From: a virus
Taxonomy: Duplodnaviria > Caudoviricetes
Length of the DNA: 64,000 bases
IMG/VR virus record: IMGVR_UViG_3300013121_000026
Location: 1 to 64,000 of that record
Strand: one strand, 5' to 3'
Shown here piece after piece: positions 40,741 to 49,079 of the stretch (position 1 is the stretch's first letter; each line of letters begins with the position of its first letter). A model generated the notes under the pieces. It saw nothing but the letters and a program-made list of their open reading frames with translations, was not told the DNA's origin and searched no databases. A program made the position numbers and the translations under genes.

Positions 40741-40848
40741 AAAGACTATAAATATTCATGTGGGACTCCTTTGGTTTTATGCATTTAGTTCTACAGACCA
40801 TGGGTATTTGTACTACCGCGATGGTCACTACTATTTATAAAAACTGGA

Positions 40849-40885
40849 GCTGAAAATGCGGGTTCGAATCCAGCCGGAGTCACCA
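40849..40885 (+). pseudogene. tRNA-Arg 3' half with CCA
   Basis: GCTG, T arm, CGGAGTC-A-CCA complementary to GGCTCCG. Confidence 0.75.
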
Positions 40886-40896
40886 AATTATTTTAA

Positions 40897-40971
40897 GCGT
40901 CCGTAGTTCAACAGCGGAATACTAGTTTGCCAAACTAGAGGTCGTGGGGGCGGCACCCACCGGACGCTCCA
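40897..40971 (+). tRNA. tRNA-Gly(GCC)
   Basis: GCGTCCG/CGGACGC-U-CCA, loop TTGCCAA. Confidence 0.88.
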
Positions 40972-41090
40972 AATAAATGTGTTGTAATCTTTATCTTTTG
41001 TGTTACAATGATTTTCGTAACAAGGAGAACGCAATGTACACCGAAAAACAATTGTATGACGCACTTTGTGAGGTATTGTCTAGTGAATAA

Positions 41091-41175
41091 GCGCCTATGG
41101 CGGAATTGGCAGACGCGGTAGACTTAGAATCTATTTCCTATAGGAGTGGGGGTTCAAGTCCCTCTAGGCGCACCA
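41091..41175 (+). tRNA. tRNA-Leu(TAG)
   Basis: GCGCCTA/TAGGCGC, loop CTTAGAA, CCA. Confidence 0.93.
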
Positions 41176-41676
41176 TTAATAGGAGAACACAATGAGTGAA
41201 GATGCTTTGAACACTATCATAACTGCTAAAAGCAAGAAAGAAGCAATGCAGGCTGCTATCTATATTATTGAAAGAAATATAGAAGCTGCTGCGGAACGAC
41301 ACTATTCCGAAATAATTTTCAAGCCTGATTACCCTAGTCAGAGCACTTATGAAAAATATGCAGCTACCTATTGTAAATGGGAAATTGAAACAATTAAAAC
41401 TTTGGAAAGGATGATAGACGAAATCATCACTGAATAAAAGCACTTATAACGAAAAGGAGATTAATATGAACTATGCCGTATTGACTCGTAAAAGTGATAA
41501 GGAACCCTGGCTTCTTCTTAATATTTGCGAAGATTCCAACGCAGAAAAAACAGCACTAAACTATATTAATCTTTGGAGAGGTGTTTTTCCGGGTAATATG
41601 TTTAGTATTGCTAAACGAGAAGAGCATAAAATGAAACGTTGCTTGCATACTAACAACACTGATGGATTTCCAGAAG

Positions 41677-42186
41677 TTAGGTAACCTTCTTCATATAACC
41701 AGTAATAAATTCCCTGGGGATATGCGGAAATCTTAACTCCGTGGTCTGATAATATTCGTGGTCCTGTTTACCATTACGTTTGTGTTGATCATAATGACTT
41801 TTGTTTGTAAGACGCTGGCGAGCATAGTCAACATTACCACGAATTTTTGTATCCATGTGTTTGTCTGCCCATTCCCTAGGAATCTTAGCAACAATCGTTG
41901 CTCGTTCATTGTGAGGAACGTGTTGAGCCTTTCCTTTGGCTCCACGAAAATTGGCCTCGCCGCCGTGCATTGAAGCGTAACCATGCGCTGTATGAGGATC
42001 ATGTGTCATGGATACCCATCCATTGGGACCTGCTTTAATCCCTTCAGCAGCAATTGCTTTTAAATTGGATTGATGTGTGCCATGATACATTATTAAATGA
42101 TTGCCATTGCCCCACCAGCCAATATCTGGGTTCTTATTAAATTCTGTTTGTTGCATTTCGTTTAAAAACTGTCTGAGTGTTTTCAT
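41677..42186 (-). CDS. ADP-ribosyltransferase-fold protein with capsid-targeting-like N-terminus
   Basis: MKTLRQFLNE; YHGT..NL..I...GI, VSMT, C-terminal ELRF..IP. Confidence 0.65.
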   Translation of the reverse strand: MKTLRQFLNEMQQTEFNKNPDIGWWGNGNHLIMYHGTHQSNLKAIAAEGIKAGPNGWVSMTHDPHTAHGYASMHGGEANFRGAKGKAQHVPHNERATIVAKIPREWADKHMDTKIRGNVDYARQRLTNKSHYDQHKRNGKQDHEYYQTTELRFPHIPREFITGYMKKVT

Positions 42187-42319
42187 TCTTGACCTCTTAT
42201 GGCAATTATGTTATATTTATTACTGTTATACTTCGGCCTCTGGTTTATCTACGCCTCTACTTGAACTAACAAGAGATGAACAAATCTCCATGGAAATTTG
42301 TTCAGGAGTCGTCAAATGT

Positions 42320-42405
42320 GGAGGGTAGCACTCAATGGTGGGTAACTGGTCTTGAAAACCAGGCTGACCGAAAGGTCAAGGGTTCGATTCCTTTGCCCTC
42401 CTCCA
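42320..42405 (+). tRNA. tRNA-Ser(TGA)
   Basis: GGAGGGT/GCCCTCC, loop CTTGAAA, variable arm GACC-GAAA-GGTC. Confidence 0.9.
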
Positions 42406-42734
42406 CTTCCCTAGTTTTAAAACTAGGTGGCACCCCAGCGGTACAGGAGATTTAATATGAAAGTCCTTTTGATTTTGATTTTGTTTATGACTCCTGCTAA
42501 TGCGTTCTTGATGGGAGAACTTGATCCTGCTCTAGAACGAGAATACCACAATCCACCAACCTATGAAGATTGCTATAGACTTGGTTGGATTCGTGGTGTT
42601 CATTTTGAAATTTACGGTGAAGAAAAGGCATGGATGGATCAGTGTCTAGCGAACAAAGTTTCGTTCCATTTAAATGGGCGGGCAAACAAAGGTCGCCAAA
42701 AGAAATGATTCTTTGTGTTCGTTTGTTAAAGTAT

Positions 42735-42809
42735 AGCTCTAGGGCGGCAGGGTGTCGCAAGTTCCTCATAAGGACTACAAGAACGGTTCGATCCCGTTTA
42801 GAGCTACCA
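42735..42809 (+). tRNA. tRNA-Met(CAT)
   Basis: AGCTCTA/TAGAGCT, loop CTCATAA, CCA. Confidence 0.85.
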
Positions 42810-42823
42810 AGAGATAAAATTTA

Positions 42824-43129
42824 ATGTTAGAAAAGCACCAAAAAATAATTAATAGAACAGAAGAAAAAATTCGTAAGAAAGTTGCTATTCTTAGGGATAA
42901 GATCAAACTACATAATAAGAAGCTAGAAGATTTTCAAAACAACGATTGCCCTCATCCTAATCTAACATACACAGCCAAAGGCTCTACCGGTAATTGGGAT
43001 AGAGAAAACACTTATTGGTATGAGTGGTGCTGTGATTGCTGCGGCAAACGTTGGATTACAAATCAAGATGAGGAAGGAAAAGAAACGAGATCCCGTTTTC
43101 CTCATGCAACACAAAAGAGAGAAATTTAA
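42824..43129 (+). CDS. Hypothetical zinc-ribbon protein
   Basis: CPH...CDCCG.RW. Confidence 0.55.
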   Translation: MLEKHQKIINRTEEKIRKKVAILRDKIKLHNKKLEDFQNNDCPHPNLTYTAKGSTGNWDRENTYWYEWCCDCCGKRWITNQDEEGKETRSRFPHATQKREI

Positions 43130-43130
43130 A

Positions 43131-43814
43131 TTGAAATACGCATTAATATCTGATCTACACATTGATTTTTTGCCAGATCAAACTGTACATGAACTAGTTC
43201 AACACATTAACGTCAATACGACTGATGTTGATGCTATTCTCAATGCTGGTGATATTGCGGAAAATTTAAATAAACGTGAGGAGTTCTTCAATCAAATCAG
43301 TAAACCAACTTTTCATGTAATGGGAAATCATGACTATTACCGTTCTGGTGGTGGAAGAACATTAGAATATGTTCCAGAGCATGACATGGTATTAGCTACT
43401 CTTTGGACTAATTTTAATAATGATGTCGATTGTGTTATGGCTGCTCGAAAATATATCATGGATTTTCGTCTTATTAATTTTTGGTCACACCTGGATATGA
43501 ACAAAGCATATAAGGAAACTATTGAATTTATTGAGAATCATCGACCTAAAATCGTGGTCACACACTTTGGTCCACACAAAAAAGGAATCGCTGAGAAGTA
43601 CAAAAAGAATGAAGAAAAACTTAATAGGTACTTTATTAATGATTGCTCCAGCACTATTAAGAAAGTTAAGCCTGCTGTCTGGGCATTTGGACATACACAT
43701 TCTGCAATTGATACAACCGTTGGCAAAACTAGAATCATTGCAAATCCAATGGGTTATCCGAACGAAAATTACTACTTAATTAAAGACTATCCAATCGTAA
43801 AATTTGACGCTTGA
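43131..43814 (+). CDS. Calcineurin-like metallophosphoesterase
   Basis: SDLH, AGD, GNHD, VVTH, GHTH, NPMGY; TTG start. Confidence 0.9.
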   Translation: MKYALISDLHIDFLPDQTVHELVQHINVNTTDVDAILNAGDIAENLNKREEFFNQISKPTFHVMGNHDYYRSGGGRTLEYVPEHDMVLATLWTNFNNDVDCVMAARKYIMDFRLINFWSHLDMNKAYKETIEFIENHRPKIVVTHFGPHKKGIAEKYKKNEEKLNRYFINDCSSTIKKVKPAVWAFGHTHSAIDTTVGKTRIIANPMGYPNENYYLIKDYPIVKFDA

Positions 43815-43853
43815 CAAACTAACCAGACTGTTTTACGATACTCTTGTTAAAGT

Positions 43854-43943
43854 GGACCCATAGTTTAAAGGTAAAACACCAGTTTTATAAACTGTACTCC
43901 GGATTAGAGGGTAATATAGGTTCGAGTCCTATTGGGTCTACCA
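43854..43943 (+). tRNA. tRNA-Ile(TAT) with extended variable region
   Basis: GGACCCA/TGGGTCT-A-CCA, CAGT-TTTATAA-ACTG. Confidence 0.75.
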
Positions 43944-44025
43944 ATTTTAATATTGACGATGAAGATCAAAAAGTAATTAACACTATTAGGTGCCGTGTTC
44001 CTCAATTTAAAAGGAAAGATTAATC

Positions 44026-44601
44026 ATGAAACGTGCAATTGTAGGACTATTTCTTTTGTTGACAACTTCAGCTAACGCTGCTAATGTTCGGTTCTATGAA
44101 AGCAACAAGAACAAAGATTGGGAAATCTTTGGCGTAGTCAAATCTGATAAGGGCATACCTTATGATAGATGTTTGATGCAGAGGTCCTACAAGGATGGTT
44201 CCTACATTCAGTTAATCAAAGACCTTTCAAACAATCAGACGCATATGCTGATTGCCAATGCCGAATGGAATCTAACAGTTACTCCTGAAAATAAGCCAGA
44301 TGGCAAATCTAGAATTTTCTTCATTAGGAATTCTGAAATCGCCGATGGATCTTCTAATTTTTTTATTATTGGGAAGAAAGAGATAATTTTTCCGGACCTC
44401 AATGAAGAATTCTTGCGTAATTGGATCGAGTATAAAGCAGTCCTCGTCATTATGCCACCTGAGTATAACTTTGTGAAGTTTACTTTAGATAATACGACCA
44501 ATGCTCTGATGGAACTGGTAGACTGCATCAAAACCTATAACAAGTTGCCTCAGAAGAAACAAACTCCTATTCTTCCTAATGCAGTTGAAAGAAAGGCATA
44601 A
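44026..44601 (+). CDS. Secreted/periplasmic hypothetical protein
   Basis: Signal peptide ending ANA. Confidence 0.6.
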   Translation: MKRAIVGLFLLLTTSANAANVRFYESNKNKDWEIFGVVKSDKGIPYDRCLMQRSYKDGSYIQLIKDLSNNQTHMLIANAEWNLTVTPENKPDGKSRIFFIRNSEIADGSSNFFIIGKKEIIFPDLNEEFLRNWIEYKAVLVIMPPEYNFVKFTLDNTTNALMELVDCIKTYNKLPQKKQTPILPNAVERKA

Positions 44602-44611
44602 ATAACTTAAC

Positions 44612-44686
44612 GCGGGTGTGGTATAAGGGTTGTGCCTTGGCCTTCCAAGCCAAAGAAGTCCAGTTCGAGTCTGGCTACCCGCTCCA
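44612..44686 (+). tRNA. tRNA-Gly(TCC)
   Basis: GCGGGTG/TACCCGC-U-CCA, loop CTTCCAA. Confidence 0.9.
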
Positions 44687-44738
44687 AAATACTAGTTGAC
44701 ATTACGATTGAATGTGTTAAATTAATCAAATGCAACTT

Positions 44739-44822
44739 GGGCACGTGGTGAAATCGGAAAACACGAAAGACTTAAAATCTTTTGCCTATGGCTTGTCGGT
44801 TCAAGTCCGACCGTGCCCACCA
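44739..44822 (+). tRNA. tRNA-Leu(TAA)
   Basis: GGGCACG/CGTGCCC, loop CTTAAAA, CCA. Confidence 0.92.
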
Positions 44823-44841
44823 TTATTATGAAGGGATAACA

Positions 44842-45141
44842 ATGTCCTATAAATTGTTTTTGGATGATGAGAGATTTCCTGTGGATGATACATTTGTAAT
44901 TGCTCGTTCTTATGATGATGCAGTTCAATTGTTTCATCTGTCTGGATTTCCAGCGTATGTGTCCTTTGACCATGACCTTGGTAGCAAAATGACCGGCTTT
45001 GATTTTGCTACGTTCCTTATTAATCAAGATCTCGACAATGATAATATGCCTGATGGGTTTACTTGGTATGTTCACAGCCAAAATCCTGTTGGGTCCCAAA
45101 ACATCGATATGTTGTTGAGGAATTACATTAACAGGAGGTGA
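44842..45141 (+). CDS. Cyclic-phosphate-processing receiver-like domain protein
   Basis: LFLDDER, SFDHDLG, TGFD, VHSQNPVG. Confidence 0.8.
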   Translation: MSYKLFLDDERFPVDDTFVIARSYDDAVQLFHLSGFPAYVSFDHDLGSKMTGFDFATFLINQDLDNDNMPDGFTWYVHSQNPVGSQNIDMLLRNYINRR

Positions 45142-45303
45142 AATAAATTATGACGTTTTGGATTATTTTTACTATTGTTCTTTCACTTATTGCCTTCTGG
45201 GATATTACCAAAGATGTATTTCCTTGGTGGGTAGCCATTGTAATTGGATTTAGTATTGGATTTGGTTTTGGTGAAATTGTGTTTCATCTAGCAAAAATAA
45301 CAC

Positions 45304-45332
45304 TTGCAATTAATAACTAGATTGGATATACT
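45304..45332 (+). promoter_or_regulatory. Sigma70-type promoter driving the RNA array and DUF2828 gene
   Basis: TTGCAA-17 nt-TATACT, ending 14 nt before the first unit. Confidence 0.65.
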
Positions 45333-45345
45333 AAGAACAGTTAAA

Positions 45346-45834
45346 AGGATATGTTCAGCACTTAATTAATATCCGTGGTAGTTGTAGTTTTAACTACACA
45401 AGCTGTTTGAGCTAAGAAAAACTAGTTGGGTGCCTGCGAATACGGCACGATATCCTGATTAAAGAGTTTTAAGAATCCCTACAGCAATCAATAAATTTTC
45501 ATTTGTAGAAAAAGAAGTGGATTCTGTTTATTTTGGAATGTTTACTGCACTCTAAATCCTTTCAGAACAAATTGGGAGTTGGAGACTCCCAAACATTCCG
45601 GTAAAATACAAGATTAAATACAGCAAACAAAAATATTTGGAATCCCTATAAAGGGGAAGGCTTTAGAATAAAGGCATTTGTTCTAAAGGATGGTCAAAAG
45701 TTCGAGGACTTTTATAATAACCTGAACCCGTAAAACGGATGGTGTACCATAATATATGCATTTAATCTGTAACTAAAATTTAAGTTTCATTTCCGCAACC
45801 ATAACAGCTTTGTACGCTCAAAAACATGAAACTG
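45346..45834 (+). ncRNA. Tandem array of five stem-NTNCNGCA RNA units (C-G)
   Basis: Units 45346-45457, 45472-45526, 45535-45600, 45611-45769, 45783-45834; covarying 7-9 bp closing stems, fixed motif spacing, 3' G. Confidence 0.75.
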
Positions 45835-45844
45835 GAGAAAAATT

Positions 45845-47221
45845 ATGAACGCATTTGTTACCGCAGCTCAATCACATGAAGCTCGCACAGAAAATAATAT
45901 GAAAGCATTGAACGCCACAGGCAACGCTTGTGTCGATCTTTTCTTCGCAATTGGTTCCTCGCGGAAAACCGACATTATTCCGCGATTTGTCGCCGCATAT
46001 GTTGAAAATCCTCAGGTGGCCATTCGTGTTGCCTTGTGGGCTCGCGATGCTCGGGGTGGCGCTGGTGAACGCAAGGTTTTCCGCGACATCTTGAACTATC
46101 TGTCTATTAACAATAGTGAATACACAGATCGAATTCTTAATCGAGTGCCTGAACTCGGCCGCTATGACGACTTGTTCTATGCGCCGAACCACAAGGGAAC
46201 CGCATTTGAAATTATTAAGAACGCGCTGGAAGATCCTACAAAGAAGGGTCTCGCTGCAAAGTGGATTGACCGCAAGGGAAACAATGCAGTTGCTCTTCGT
46301 AACTTTCTTGGACTTTCACCCAAGGCATATCGCAAGATGTTGGTAAATGCTACCAATGTTGTCGAGACGCCTATGTGCGCTCGTGAATGGGGAGCTATTA
46401 ATTACAATCATGTTCCTTCTGTTGCTTCTGCACGCTATCAGAAGGCATTCAATAAGCATGACGCCGCACGCTACTCAGTCTGGAGAAACGGTCTAAAGAG
46501 TGGTGAAACTAAGGTTAATGCGTCTGTTCTTTATCCTTATGAAGTTCTTCGTTCAATCCGCAGTGGTGATAAGGACGTAGCTTTGGCACAGTGGGAAGCA
46601 TTGCCTGACTATATGGGTAGTCAAAACATTCTTCCTGTGGTTGACGTGTCTGGATCAATGACGTGCCCAGCATCTGGATCAATCACTTGCTTGGATGTTG
46701 CTTTGTCACTTGGTTTGTACCTTGCTGATAAGAACAAGGGTGAATTTAAGGACACGTTCGTTACATTCAGTGGTCATCCTGAGTTGCTACATTTGAAGGG
46801 CACTTTGCTTCAGAAAATGGATCAAATGAATAATTCTGATTGGATGATGAACACTAATCTACATGCAGTATTTTCGCTAATCCTTAAGACTGCATTAGAT
46901 GCAAAGGTTCCTCAGGGCGACATGCCTAACACGATCCTGATTCTTAGTGATATGCAATTCGATTCATGTGTTGATCATGATGACAGTGCAATTCAAATGA
47001 TTAATAGAAAGTACACAGAAGCAGGTTACGAAATGCCTAAAGTTGTATTTTGGAATTTGAATGCAGGCTATAAAAACGTTCCTGTTAAGTTTGATGCTAA
47101 GGGTACTGCTTTGATTAGTGGATTCTCTCCGGCGATCATGAAGAGTGTTCTTGCTGCAGAAAACATGAGTCCGGAAGGAATTATGCATCTGACGATTGAC
47201 AACAACCGATACGACTTTTAA
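45845..47221 (+). CDS. DUF2828-type TROVE-like helical domain plus vWA protein (Ro60-related)
   Basis: RDARGGAGER, GRYDD, AAKW, MIDAS DVSGSM, ILSDMQFD, VFWNL, SGFSP. Confidence 0.85.
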   Translation: MNAFVTAAQSHEARTENNMKALNATGNACVDLFFAIGSSRKTDIIPRFVAAYVENPQVAIRVALWARDARGGAGERKVFRDILNYLSINNSEYTDRILNRVPELGRYDDLFYAPNHKGTAFEIIKNALEDPTKKGLAAKWIDRKGNNAVALRNFLGLSPKAYRKMLVNATNVVETPMCAREWGAINYNHVPSVASARYQKAFNKHDAARYSVWRNGLKSGETKVNASVLYPYEVLRSIRSGDKDVALAQWEALPDYMGSQNILPVVDVSGSMTCPASGSITCLDVALSLGLYLADKNKGEFKDTFVTFSGHPELLHLKGTLLQKMDQMNNSDWMMNTNLHAVFSLILKTALDAKVPQGDMPNTILILSDMQFDSCVDHDDSAIQMINRKYTEAGYEMPKVVFWNLNAGYKNVPVKFDAKGTALISGFSPAIMKSVLAAENMSPEGIMHLTIDNNRYDF

Positions 47222-47442
47222 TAGGAGAATTGATATGTGGACAATGGTAGTAATAGCTTTAATGAATGGTATTGCTATTACTACCATTCCCAATTTTTCC
47301 AGCAAAGAAAAATGTGTAGAGCAGTCAAAAGTTCTTCATGATGGTAATCAAAGCAGACCAGCAATTTTAACCTATTGCATTTCCAATCAATAAATACTAG
47401 TATGATGAAGAAAGAAATGATATCAATCTAAGGAATAGAGCA

Positions 47443-47604
47443 ATGTTTAAGAGAATCAAAGAAATTATTAAAGAATACTTTGCTTACTCAAAGTCGATTG
47501 AAGAATTAAAAAAGCTAGATAAAGAAATTTTGCATGATCTAGCAATTAGTGAATCAGACTTTTGGAGAATCGCCAAGAATAAGTTTACTAAAAGATTTCG
47601 ATGA
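47443..47604 (+). CDS. DUF1127 (YjiS-like) small protein
   Basis: EELKKLDKEILHDLAISESD matches the EL..L.D..L.D.G..R.D pattern. Confidence 0.65.
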   Translation: MFKRIKEIIKEYFAYSKSIEELKKLDKEILHDLAISESDFWRIAKNKFTKRFR

Positions 47605-48319
47605 AAGTACCTGTAGTTTGCACGGATCAAACGTTTAACAATTGCTGCTGGAGTGCTTCTCTTGGGTATGGTAATTATTTTTTAATTTTTCTAAATCTAG
47701 TAGAAGATATATTTAATGATCCTATAAGGTTTATTGAACAATGAGAATACCTCAGATTTCTTGCAATGAAATAACATTTTATAAAATCTGCTATAGTTCT
47801 TCTCCTTCATTTTATACAGAAGAAGTTTATCGTCTCTTTCGGGGTTTATTTAGAGGTCTAAATACAGCACCGGTTTTTCTGCTATGATAGTGACGCTTAG
47901 TGAAAGTGATAAGGATGATTGTTCAGCCAGAACGTTTGATAAAGTATGTTACCTAGCTTCTCCTATGGATAATGAACTTTATCACCTTTTTCTAGAACTA
48001 GTGATGGACACGGATATTGAAGGTTATTTTTTAGAATGAATCTATACCTAATTATAGAAACACTTCGTAATAAAATACGTGATATTTGTTATAAGACGTC
48101 TCCTAGGGACAATAAATTGTTTCACAACTTTCGAGAACTAGTAAAAGATACATATATCAGGAGTAATTTTTTAAAATGAATCTATACATAACTACAGAAA
48201 CATTTCGTAATAAAATGCAAAGTATTTGTCTTGATGCCTCTCCTTATATTGAGGAATTTTATTTTATGTTTCGAAAAGCAGTATTAATGGACACAACATG
48301 GCGGGAATCTCTTATATAA
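47601..48319 (+). repeat. Five tandem paralogous microprotein ORFs (47-51 aa)
   Basis: ATGA-coupled ORFs at 47601, 47741, 47884, 48036, 48176 sharing C-x3-S(P) and FxxLV-like motifs. Confidence 0.65.
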
Positions 48320-48848
48320 AAGATTATGATCTTTTTCGACTAATTGATCTTTTTAATGATCAGTATGATCATTTTGAACGACAGTTTGACCATTATTTTC
48401 TTAGCGTTCGTATCATTCAACAAGAAATAAAACTACATTCAATCCAATTATTCCAAATAGGTAATTTTTTAGAGAACTAAATATATGGCTGAGAATTTTC
48501 CTTTAGGTAATACCATTGAACAAATAAGGTGGCTTGAATTGTTTTTAAAAGAGTATAAATCCGTTAATAACCAATATCCTCCAAGAGTATCTTCTAGGTT
48601 ATTAAATATTGAAGAAAACTATGACTTATGGAGTTTTATATGACAGAAACAGACAAAAAACTCAAAAAGTTAATTAATCACATCAACAACATTCGAAGAA
48701 CCTGCAAGCGTAAGAACTTGTGGTTAGGTGCTGGATACAATTCATTAATTCCAGCAACTGATGAAAGTCAGCAGGGACCTATGATTAATAAATTGTATGA
48801 TATTGTTGATGAATGCTCAGTTTATTTAAAAAAGAAAGGCAAAAAGAA

Positions 48849-49079
48849 GTGATTGAGGTTTACACTAAGGTTGATTGCCCAGCTTGCAATTCAATCAAGC
48901 AAATGCTAAACAGTTTCAATGCTAGTTATGCAGAGTATACAATTGGGTTAAATATTACTCGTGAAGAAGTCCTTGATAAGTTTCCAAATGCGCGAACTGT
49001 TCCAATCATCGTCTATGACAACGAGATTGTTGCAGGCGCAGCAGAAATGAAAACGTTATTGGAAAATGGTGCTAGATAA
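48849..49079 (+). CDS. Glutaredoxin
   Basis: YTK..CPAC, RTVP. Confidence 0.88.
   Translation: MIEVYTKVDCPACNSIKQMLNSFNASYAEYTIGLNITREEVLDKFPNARTVPIIVYDNEIVAGAAEMKTLLENGAR

Noticed and set aside
45346-45834. CRISPR array interpretation of the repeated units
   Set aside because: No identical direct repeats or constant spacer length; conservation is structural; no cas genes in the window
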